Assembly: GCA_003427395.1 (NCBI GenBank) | Contig: BFEA01000021.1 | Coordinates: forward strand, 4,568,964-4,632,963 | Reading direction: 5' to 3' | Length of the DNA: 64,000 nt | DNA from: Chara braunii | Taxonomy: Eukaryota > Plantae > Charophyceae | Shown here: piece after piece, positions 12,838 to 23,651 of the stretch | How positions within the stretch are numbered: position 1 is the stretch's first letter | How the letters are laid out: each line of letters begins with the position of its first letter | Notes under the pieces: model-generated | What the model saw: the letters and a program-made list of their open reading frames with translations, nothing else | Databases searched by the model: none | What the model was told of the DNA's origin: nothing | Program-made: the position numbers and the translations under genes

Positions 12838-15800
12838 GGGGGCGGGGATGGAGGTGCGGGTGGCGGTGGTGCGGGGTGGCGGGGGTCTCCACCAAACATG
12901 AGGTATGTCCTTCCCGTCTCTGGGAGAGGGCCAACTCTTGTGAGGTCAGGACCGGCTGCTGCACCGACCATAGATGGTCGATGATTGCTTGGGTGATGTG
13001 GATGATGGATCGAGCCACAATCTTCCAATCCACCGTATCAGGGGTTGCGAAGGAGTTCACTGTGTGTCGAAGGCCCTCATTTTTCATGACGAACTTCCTG
13101 ATTCTTTCCCAATGTGTGGGCGAGATACGATTGTGCAGGGAGATAGATTCAGGAGACAACGTTTTTAGTAGCACCCAGTCCGCCAGTTCCTTGAGTTGTG
13201 TATTCACCCTAATGTGGGCAATGGTCGGCTTCTGTTTATTCCGACCTTTTCGTTTTGCCTTTTTCTCAGGATCATGATTTGTCCCCTGGAGGATGCCCCT
13301 GGCATGGTTGAGGGCCTCCAGGCCATCGCCGACGCGCTGTTGCTGGTGAAGGTGCGGTTTTGGCTCAGCGGAGGTGATGTTGAGGTCACCTTGTTCGTCG
13401 AGCCCCCCACTGGGTTCCTGTTGCGGTCTCAGGTGGTGCACATCGTTGTCTTCAGGCACTATGATAGTGTCCCCTTGGTGGTCGATTTGCAGAGGGGGCG
13501 CAGTTTCGGTTGCATCCATCTGTGAAGTTGGTGCGTGGGTTAAAAGCAGTTGTTGTTCCCTATACATGACCACCTCTTGTGCTTGGGCCAGGACCTGTGT
13601 TTGCATCTTCATATGCTCCTCTGCTAGCCACTGAGCCTGTGTCTGCATTTTCATGGGCTCCTCTGCTGGCCACTGAGCCTGTGCCTGAACCTGTGCTTGG
13701 GCTTGAGCTTATTCGTGGGCCAGTTGCTGGGCCTAGGACTGTGCCCAGACATATGTTGTGGCGTGTCTATCCTGTATGCGGGCCTGGGCCTTTGCCACCC
13801 CGTCCGGGGCCCCTTGACTGTTCCCCAGCTGCAGGCAGGGGGGGTCTGGGGATGTCCGATACGGGTCATTGTTATTTTCCAGCACGACATCTCCTTGATA
13901 GTCCAGCTGTAACCCCAGGGGTGTGCTGTATTCGAGTTCTTGCTGGGGCATTGGTTGTCGGGCCACGTCAGCCTTTGTGCAGGTCAGTGGTTGGGACCGT
14001 GTGTGGGATGGTTGTGTGTGGAGTCGTTGGTCACCTCCCAAGGCCGTGGTGTTCTGTGTACCATGTTGGATGGTTGCTGACCTTTCCTGTTAATCCTGTT
14101 TCTGATGTCTTGCTTGTTTCTTAAGGCTTGCCTGACCTGGACCGTTGGAGGGTGGGCCGGGCTGCAGGGGTCCGACCTGGGGAGCCTCCACCTGTTGGGG
14201 TCGAGGAGGTGTTGGCACAACTGGTGGCTGTATGTCATTCGTCAATTGGGCCATGTGCTTGTCTGGTGGATCCATCATCTCCACGGGTGCCACATTGCCA
14301 CTTTGCGCCATCACCTCCTTGATTTTGGCTAACCAGTATTCCACGTATCCTGTCATCACCCCTATCGGTATCCCGATGCCTGCTGATGACGGTACTGCAG
14401 TTGGATCGTCTGTCTGGCCATGCAATGGGGGGGGGAGGCCTCTCCCCATGTTGATGTTGATGACCGCTGTCTGTGCCAGAGTGGCTTCCACCTCAGAAGT
14501 GGCTTCCACCTTCGATTGCAGAGAGGTCTGATGACCTGTATAACCCCGACCCAGGATCCGTGATGGCAGGGGCCGGTGACTCAGTCGGTTGTTGTGTTTG
14601 AAGCATTCCATGGTGTGTTTGCTGCCGTACTGGCTCGCGGTGGGGCTCGTTCTGTTCTGGTTGTTTGTCGTGCGTTGCCAGCATGGTCATTTGTTTCAGC
14701 CCCTGCTAGAGTTGCCCCGGTGGCCCCTCCGGGGACTGAGCCGAGTCGGGTAGAGGACGGTTGTTTGCCATCTCTGGTGAGGGTGGCGACGGTGGTATGT
14801 GACCTGTTTCCTGACCCGTTCGCTGTCTGTCGAGTTGTTGTGTTCTATTGGCTCTCGTTTGCTGAGGTGGCCGAGCAGGGGTGGCGGTCCCATTCGTCCC
14901 GGAGTGAGGGGCTTTGGGATTTTTTGTGTGGGGCCCTGTTGTGAGTTGTTTCTTGCTATTGCCTTTCCCTGGCGGGTCACCCTTTTTGGGTGCTGGCTTG
15001 GGAGTGTATACCTCCGAGCTGTTGGGGGCAACCTTCGGGGGCCCTTCCCCCTTCCAGAACCAATATCTCTCCTTCCCTGAAAAGCCATCCCTTGAGTTTG
15101 GGGTCTTCGGACTGCCAGATGCCTTCCAACGTGCGGTGTGGGGAGACCAGGCTTGTTAGTGCATTCCTCGGCAAGTTTGGACAGTTGGCGTCCGTACACA
15201 AATGTCCCCTGAGTCTGCATGCGTAGCACCACGGATCTTGTGTCACGTTGTGTGTGACACAGTGGGACCGAGTAGGTCTTGCCCTGGTATGCTTAGGTCC
15301 ATTCTTCGTTCAATGGGAAGGGTTTGTCGGGATCCCAATCCAGCGCCCCGAACAGAGAGTCATCTCTTTTCGGCATAAACTATGGGAGGTCGTGAACAAA
15401 TCCTTTGAGTGGGGCCAGGTCCTATAGATCTGCCAGAATAATGCCCTGGATGTTGATGGGAGCAAATCGGAATTCCACCAAAAAGTTATTCCTCATTACC
15501 AATTCTCTTGTCATCCGCTGTTAGCGGGGCCGGTGGGGCGCAGTGCCTGGTCCTGACCGCGGTCGATCTGAACGACAGTTGCTTCAGGTTCAGCAGTATG
15601 GCCCTGTCGAATGGATTAAGTGATAGCACTGTTACTATGGAGGCTCCGGCCGTCTCCACTAGAAAGTGGTCGTGGACATCTTTGTCTGAAATTTTGATCG
15701 CTCTCAATTGTGTGTGTACCCATTTCAGCTTCTCATTGGTGTGGATTGAGGTAACGTCTTTGGTGAACGCAAACTGCATCGCGCTATAGACTGTTGTCTT

Positions 15801-16349
15801 AGCTGCCATGGCCGGAGCCGAAAAGAGGGAGATGGGGTAGGTAAAACCGTTCTCCTCTTGGATTTGTTTTTCTGGCTGGACGTGCAGTTTGTAGATGAAA
15901 TGCCCTCTAAGGGGGTGGATCGGATCCAATGTCAGAAGCTGATTGGTTGATGCACAGCCCGGGGTTGTGAGAGCTGCCATGAGGGCCAGCGATTGGGCAT
16001 TGACCCCTGGTTGAGGCTGTGTCTCCTTGCCCTGGGGGTTGGGCTTGGCCGCCCACAGCTGCGTCGGGGGAGCGCCCGAGTGGGATGTCCTAATGGATTG
16101 TGCACCATTCAGGGTGTCTTTGTAGGAGGGGGGGATGGATGTCTGACCGGCATTCCCTGTGGTGGTGCAGGGATGGCCAGCTGCCGGGGCTTCCCACCCA
16201 GAGGCAGTGCCTTGGGAAGGGTGTGCTGGCTCCCGTGGATGTGCTGTGATGAAGGTTGTTTGTACAGGTGTCTGTTCTCCAAGGTCTCCCTTTCATTGAT
16301 TTGTAAGGGAAGTCTCGACGCAATGTCTCCGAGGGCTTTGGCAGGGGGG
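11331..16349 (-). pseudogene. A1 ORF1 (very long: RRM-like region, CX2CX4HX6C knuckle, Q/P-rich linker, helical domain, C-terminal domain), disrupted and containing a gap
   Basis: WVEF..KRDD region at ~15360..15490 and WCYACRLRGHLCTDANC at ~15180..15235 match B2 ORF1; the other domains match A2 ORF1. Confidence 0.8.
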
Positions 16350-18304
16350 NNNNNNNNNNNNNNNNNNNNNNNNNNNNNNNNNNNNNNNNNNNNNNNNNNN
16401 NNNNNNNNNNNNNNNNNNNNNNNNNNNNNNNNNNNNNNNNNNNNNNNNNNNNNNNNNNNNNNNNNNNNNNNNNNNNNNNNNNNNNNNNNNNNNNNNNNNN
16501 NNNNNNNNNNNNNNNNNNNNNNNNNNNNNNNNNNNNNNNNNNNNNNNNNNNNNNNNNNNNNNNNNNNNNNNNNNNNNNNNNNNNNNNNNNNNNNNNNNNN
16601 NNNNNNNNNNNNNNNNNNNNNNNNNNNNNNNNNNNNNNNNNNNNNNNNNNNNNNNNNNNNNNNNNNNNNNNNNNNNNNNNNNNNNNNNNNNNNNNNNNNN
16701 NNNNNNNNNNNNNNNNNNNNNNNNNNNNNNNNNNNNNNNNNNNNNNNNNNNNNNNNNNNNNNNNNNNNNNNNNNNNNNNNNNNNNNNNNNNNNNNNNNNN
16801 NNNNNNNNNNNNNNNNNNNNNNNNNNNNNNNNNNNNNNNNNNNNNNNNNNNNNNNNNNNNNNNNNNNNNNNNNNNNNNNNNNNNNNNNNNNNNNNNNNNN
16901 NNNNNNNNNNNNNNNNNNNNNNNNNNNNNNNNNNNNNNNNNNNNNNNNNNNNNNNNNNNNNNNNNNNNNNNNNNNNNNNNNNNNNNNNNNNNNNNNNNNN
17001 NNNNNNNNNNNNNNNNNNNNNNNNNNNNNNNNNNNNNNNNNNNNNNNNNNNNNNNNNNNNNNNNNNNNNNNNNNNNNNNNNNNNNNNNNNNNNNNNNNNN
17101 NNNNNNNNNNNNNNNNNNNNNNNNNNNNNNNNNNNNNNNNNNNNNNNNNNNNNNNNNNNNNNNNNNNNNNNNNNNNNNNNNNNNNNNNNNNNNNNNNNNN
17201 NNNNNNNNNNNNNNNNNNNNNNNNNNNNNNNNNNNNNNNNNNNNNNNNNNNNNNNNNNNNNNNNNNNNNGGGGAGAGAGAGAGGGGCTGGTGGTTACCCA
17301 CCTGGCAACTTTACGAGCTGAGGCCGGGCTCCTCCCGCTGCTTCTTCGCCTCCTTCACAATGACTGTTGTGCCCTGGCTATGGCTGGAGGACGACGCCTT
17401 CGACTGCTGCTGCTGCACAGGAGACGTGGAGGCAACCATGTGACGGGCAATGCACGGCGGGCGCGAAGGGCACAAAGTTGGACTACTGGGGTTCATCCAG
17501 GCAGCGAGGGGCAGCATTCCGAATTCAAAACTTCAAAAACAAACTAACTTCGGCTGCCCCCCCTTTTTTTTTTTCCGAGGCCCCGTGTGGACACAAATTG
17601 CTGTTGTTTTTTTTTTGTAATTCACGACGCAACATCCCACCTGGGCCTAGAACACCCCTCGGCAACTTTTTTTTTTTTTTCGTCGACCCCTTATTTTCGG
17701 GGTGCGTGCGCGCGCGTCGTGCGTGGTGCGGGGTGCGGCGCGTGCGCGGGGTGCAGCGCATGTCTATGCGCCGCAAGTATGATCTGGACCTGAAATTTGG
17801 TCTCAATACATTCATGACGCTCGCTCAGTCAGAATGCATTTGCTGCCAGTGGCCATCCCGATACATGTCCAACGTTATGTACTGGAGTGACAGCCAAAGG
17901 CGCAACTCCATAAAGTTTCTTTTCTCAAACAAACAAAAAAACAAAAAAGAACACTCAGGGCCTGGTTGCACTACGCTCCATATGCCAAGTTTGGCGAGTA
18001 GGCGCCTGGTTGCACTTACTCCTCTAACTGGCCAACGAAAAATATGGGGCTCGTTAGACACTCCTCAGGCGAGTAAATCCCGTGAAGAAAATTTCGTTCC
18101 ACCTATCCTCGGGGATGAAAACGGAAAAAAAAAGTCAAAACATTTCCTGGGGAATCCTCGGGGTGTCCTCAGGCTACAGCCATTTGGTGGCATTCCCCAA
18201 GGGACCTCCCGAGGTCCCTTGGAGGTCACAGATCCACGATAATCGGAGCGGCGAGGCACCCGTCGTCGGCACGAAATTTTTGTCGGCTGGTCCATTGGAG
18301 TTCC

Positions 18305-18572
18305 TTTTTTTTTTTCTTTTTTTTTTCTTTTTAAACCCAGGGGCCCATTGCCCAAGGCTCATATTAACAACTCGAATACAACACAGACACACGCCTCTTC
18401 CCATTAGGGCTGGAAGAGCCTCGGCCACTGCTCCCATAGAGACAGTGTCGCTGTACAACGAGAATGAAGATTGAGTGCTGATCATTGGTTGCTTCCCCAG
18501 GAGGGAAGGATTAACTCAGCCCCATGGACAATCAAATTCCGCCCTACTATATTAGCCTTGGGCACTGGGCCC

Positions 18573-18609
<37 letters not shown>
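18305..18609. repeat. Short element bounded by ~35-bp inverted repeats with outer poly(T)/poly(A) tracts
   Basis: GGGCCCATTGCCCAAGGCTCATAT (~18341) versus ATATTAGCCTTGGGCACTGGGCCC (~18549) in inverted orientation. Confidence 0.6.
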
Positions 18610-18612
<3 letters not shown>

Positions 18613-19012
18613 ACCAATGATCAAACCCTACAAAGCAAAATTTCGGGGGGGGGTTATAGCAGGGCGAAGAAGTGGAGCACATCCCAGGTCTCAGTCAAAA
18701 CCCTAAGTGAATATGATCAACAGCTTAGAGGACCAGTGAGATGGAATGAACACAAGGCATATCAAGAGAGGAAGAATTCAGCAAGCGAGGAATCAACATA
18801 CCTGAACTTCAAGGGGAGGAGGAGAAAGAACAAGCAAGGAGACCACAGGCATCACACCTCCCAACCCCCCCTTGCAACAGCCTCTCTTCCTCCCCCCGAG
18901 TCCCACGGGAACAGCTCGTCAGTGTCGTCACCATGCCACCGCTCACCACATCGCCAGATCATCATTCTCCCATGCACAGCACCCCACAAAGAGCAGACTG
19001 GAAGAGACTAAT

Positions 19013-20606
19013 TAGGACTCACCATAGTTGCTGTCACATCAAGAGGTATTGGTGGCATGTCAGTCGTAGCAGTTGATGTGAACAAGATGGTTGTTGCTTG
19101 AAGTTGTATTTCAGGTGTCATCGTTAGGAGCACTGTTGTTGTTGTTGTTGGAATGATTGGCGATGATGAAGTTGTCATCGTCATGAGCGCTGTATGTAGT
19201 TGAAGAAATTATCGTTGTTGTTGATGTCGTATTTGCTGTATTTGTTGTTGTTGTATTCCTCATATCCTCCAGCGCTGATGAAACTGTTGTGTGCGTTGTT
19301 GATACCGGCGGTCGTGTTGGCCTTGCTGTCAACGCTAGTTCATTAGCCTCTCTAGCTAGTCGCGTTGCCAACTCAGCAGACAGTTTATCCCCATCTTCAT
19401 AGAGCTCATACCATTGGTGCATGACCTCATCCGCCGTCTTCCAATCAAGGAGATGTTCCCAGTGTGGATCACGCCCCTCCTCTAACTCCCAAAGAACAGA
19501 CATCATTTGTTGTAGCAGGCCCTCTCTCCATGTGGTCAATGAGATCGCCCCCCGATCGACCCCTGACCAATCTTGGAGTGTCGAAGATAGAAGAAGCACC
19601 GTCTCCCGCAAACGGCGCCGGACATCCTGCAGAACCAAAATCCAAGCATCCGCAGCATGTTGTAGATCCGCATATGAACCCGTCTCCATCTGCTTTCGCT
19701 GTTGGCTTGTTCACCTTTGTTATCTCCACTCGCGTGTGTAGCGCACGAGCGCCCTCCGTTCGTTGACCGCTCGGCACTAATGTACCGGGCGTATCGCCAC
19801 CCACTCCTCTACACCCCACCCCCACCCTACTGCTTATCTCACCGCCACTATCGCCGAACCCCTGATGTTTTCCACCTCTGTCGGCGATGTCGCCCACCCC
19901 TCTCCCCACCTCGTTGACCTACCTCTCTCCACAGCGATGACGTCAACGACGTCCGTCTGCCTCAGTACCACCGAGGTTTCGGGTACCTTGACCGCTGGGC
20001 CCGCCGGATGGTAAGCTCCCCACGCGCTCGCACTTCTTTCTTCAGATTGGAAGAGACCAAGTAGGACTCACCTCAGTGGCTGTCACATTGAGAGGTATTT
20101 GTCGCATGTCAGTCGTAACAATTGATGTGAACAAGATAGTTGTTGCTTGAAGTTGTATTTCAGGTGTCATCGTTAGAAGCACTGTTGTTTTTGTTGTTGG
20201 GATGATTGGCGATGATGAAACTGTCATCATTGTGGGCGTTGTTGAATCAGATGTAGTTGAAGAAATTATCGTTGTTGTTGATGTCGTATTTGCTATATTT
20301 GTTGTTGTTGTCTTCGTCATATCCCCCAGCGCTGATGAAACTGTTGTGTGTGTTGTTCATACCGGCGGTCGTGTTGGCCTTGCTGTCAACGCTCGTTCAT
20401 TAGCCTCTCCAGCTGGTCGTGTTGCCAACTCCGCAGACAGTTTATCCCCCTCTTCATAGAGCTCATAGCATTGGTGCATAACCGCATCCACCATCTTCCA
20501 ATCAAGGAGATGTAGTGTCGATCAGGCCCCTCCTCTGAATCTCAAAGAACAAACATCATTTGTTGTAGCAGGCCCTCTCTCCATGTGGTCAACGAGATCG
20601 CCCCCC
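19013..20606 (-). repeat. Direct duplication of ~540 bp (19013..19552 and 20062..20606) of a Thr-rich ORF-bearing repeat of unknown class
   Basis: Long alignable copies (e.g. TTTNT/IANTTSTTTIISSTT, PEIQLQATTILFTS). Confidence 0.85.
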
Positions 20607-20987
20607 ATTGGAGTTCCTACCGGGCAATGCACGAACATCTTGGGTCTTCAACGTTCAGCTTCCAGGAACCTTACGCCCACGGTGGCCGGCCGGCCCCCGT
20701 GGACGTCGTCGACCAATGTTCTCCCTCGCAGTGCGTGCCGCCAAACGGAAAGGGGTCGAACAGTCGGCAAATTTGAATACTTCAGCCGACCCCCCTTGCT
20801 CCGATTGCCCACTGTATTCCGCGACGAAAAACGTTACAAGACATTTGTCCCATGCTGCGGTGTGCCGTTTGCAGCCCTCTTCGTCGGCGTCTGCTGGAGG
20901 TGTACCGTCGTCGTCTAGCTACTGCCCTTCCCTACTTGCCTTTCATGGCCGACGTCTTTCAAAGGCTGCCGCTGCTGCTCCTCGTCA

Positions 20988-21023
<36 letters not shown>

Positions 21024-21085
21024 AACAACCCGATCGGATGCTAGGTGTGTTGATAAGAGCAAACACCTCTAGCACCATTGGGGAG

Positions 21086-21139
21086 GCTCCATCTATTAGT
21101 GGGGAGCAACACCTGCTGGAAACCGGGTCCAGCGTCCCT
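21086..21139 (-). other. Conserved LINE 3'-UTR structured RNA motif, copy 2 (family A)
   Basis: AGGGACGCUGGACCCGGUUUCCAGCAGGUGUUGCUCCCCACUAAUAGAUGGAGC, followed by a hairpin and poly(A). Confidence 0.85.
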
Positions 21140-21849
21140 TTGATACATCGTGCAATACACAATTGCTGCTTGTTGTTCCCCGGGGATGTGGCCACTTCAA
21201 CCTCAACTTGGGGCTCCCATGTCCCATGGAGCTGCTAGTGTCACCCATCCCTTCTTAGGAGCACCCCGTATCTAAAAACCCAGACCTGTGTCAGCAGCCC
21301 CCTTGTTTGGATATATGTCTGTCTGTCTGTCCATTTAACCCTTTGCGCCAATACCCTCTCTGAGCGAGCGCAAGACCCACCCCTGATCCTTGAGCAGTAG
21401 CAAGAGAGACACAGCTTGCTCAGGGTATACCATGGTGGGATTTCCAGCCCCACCCTATACCCTCTCAATACCAGCACATGCCCCATTCGTTGTTCCTATA
21501 CTCTCTCAAACCTAGTACATGACCCATTCATTGTTCTTGAGTAAGTATCAGACGGAGATATACCCGCAGCGTCCCCCGGTCAGCCACCTGTGTGCCCGGG
21601 GAGACGTCCATACTGTCTGCTCCCTTCGTTTGGCCTGGGTCGTGTGCCTTCTCTTGTCCACCATCGTTGCAGTTTGTCCATGTTTCAGTTGCAGCTATCC
21701 CCCGATCCCCACACCGGTATTACCGGCCCTAATACCGGGGATGTTGCTGGCGTCTTGCACCTTATCAGCGATGCCCCTGACTAAGATAGAAGGGGCGGGG
21801 GGGAGGAGGGGGGAAGGGGGGAAAGGGGGGGCACTGGGGGGGGGGGGGG

Positions 21850-23309
21850 TCAAGGGGGCAGATGAAGCGATGAAGTTGGAGAGGGCGGAACAGGGTAGGC
21901 GCTGTGGCAGGGGCGGATGAGGGGGTCACTCAAGACCAGGACAAAGTGAGCCAGAAGATAGGGAACTTCGAACTCCGCGGAAGGCCTGCGGTGCCATGTA
22001 GGTTCCGAGGCCCTCCATGGCTTCCAGTGAATTTCCAGAGCCGAATCTAACTCGGAGAAAATTTGATTCGGGTCCTGCCACAGTTGGCGATAGCTTTCAA
22101 TCATGTTTTGTCTGATTTGGAGGTCTTTCTCTTCTCGAAGGTCCTGTTTAAGGGATTTCCAGGCTTCTTGTGTGTGGGCTCGGATGACGTCCTCCACCGT
22201 CTGTTGTGCTTGCTGGAGCCCAAACCTGTGGTCTTTTCTTTCAAAGGAGCATCTGGCCCTCCAGGGCAGCATGAGGACCTGTAGTCTCATGTAGGAGAAG
22301 AGGTTAGTTGCGAACGGGGACCATTGGGCCATCAAAGGTTGTTCCTTGCCAAGCAAGAGGAGGCCCAGGTCCCATGGGATGCCAGTGTGTATGTCTGTGA
22401 GAGAGTGGGATGCTGCATCCCACCACTGCCACAATTGCCTCACCATTGGGCAAGCCAGTAGGCAGTGTGCCATCGTAGCTATAGCAGGTGGCGACGCCCG
22501 CCCACAATACGTGCAAATGGGAAACAAGAGGCCTTTTTGTTCCAAGTCCGTCCTTGACACAAGCCAGTCCAGGGTGGGGAGGCAGCGGTGCAGGATCTGC
22601 CACTGCAGGGATCTGAAATTGGTAGGCATGATCTTGGAATATTTGGGCCATGGCAGGTGGAGCAGCAAGTCCGGGTCAATTGGCGAGTCCCGTGCCCATC
22701 TGTTCGATATGGCTTGGTTGATTGGTGGGGCGGTCGCAATGCTTTGTAGGCCCCTTTCACCGTAAATTCCCATATGCGCATGCGTTTTGTGCCTGGTCAT
22801 TCCCATTCGGCCGGATCAAATGACAGTTTGGCGATCGGAGTAGTGGACTCATACACAAAGAAACCGTTGACTGGGTCTCCCACTACTCTAACGAGCAGAA
22901 GCCCTCCCCACATTGCAGTCGTGTCCAGGTCTTCATTCCTTATCAGATTGGAAAATCTGGCCCCCGGCACCTGAGGTTCGTGGGCCTGTAGAGTGCATAT
23001 CCCTTCTTCATTCTGTGTTACCTTATACACAGTACGCGGGAGGGGCAAATCCGCATATCTTATTACCCAGTCCTCTGGTAGGACTGTGGGGCCCTGTGCA
23101 AGGACCAGCCTCCACGCCAAGGGGAGAGCTTCCCTCAGTTTGATCATTTTGTTTTCCACATTCTTAACGTGTTTCAGTTTTCGTTGCATGTGCTTCGTCG
23201 TGGCCCAGTCAGCTGTACTTGGGTCCCACAGATCCCCTACCGTAAAGATCCCTCTCTTGGCCCATGTGAGCCATGGTGAGTTTGTTGTTAGCTTGAAGGG
23301 GGCACCGTC
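21850..23309 (-). pseudogene. A2 ORF2 C-terminal fragment (post-RT and zf-RVT)
   Basis: WAKRGIFTVGDLWD; QILHRCLPTLDW..CTYC..HCLLAC. Confidence 0.93.
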
Positions 23310-23392
23310 TTTTTTTTTTTTTTTTTTTTTAACAGTTACTGAAACTATTAGTGATGATGCTCTGAGCATCCACCACTAGCAGTTCAGCTACT

Positions 23393-23448
23393 AGCTCCAA
23401 TCTATTGGTGGGGAGCTGCACCTGCTGGAAAACGGGTTCAGCGTCCCT
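23393..23448 (-). other. Conserved LINE 3'-UTR structured RNA motif, copy 3 (family B)
   Basis: AGGGACGCUGAACCCGUUUUCCAGCAGGUGCAGCUCCCCACCAAUAGAUUGGAGCU, followed by a hairpin and poly(A). Confidence 0.85.
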
Positions 23449-23651
23449 CATATAAATGATACAAATGATGTTGGTACCTGCTGAAGAAAACAGGAAGTGA
23501 GGTGTAAAGGGAGAGTTGCCTCTTCAGCCAGAAATTAGCTGCCATATACCCGTGGTTATGCTAACAGTATTACCTCCTCTACCTTTTGTAGGAAATTTGT
23601 AGGAAATTCTGCAGTTCTGTCGTAGCCAAAATTGTTTCATAAACCGGATTT

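Larger units (their letters stand above)
890..16349 (-). mobile_element. LINE A1 (L1/Tx1-like non-LTR retrotransposon), decayed, interrupted by nested LINE B1; ends not resolved because of gaps and window edge
   Basis: Collinear ORF1 (CCHC) - APE - RT - zf-RVT fragments. ORF2 reads ..WKFTVKDCYRRTHKTIDTE at ~7477 and resumes (NR)MKHSWERDS at ~1765, matching the uninterrupted homologous stretch in A2. Confidence 0.9.
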
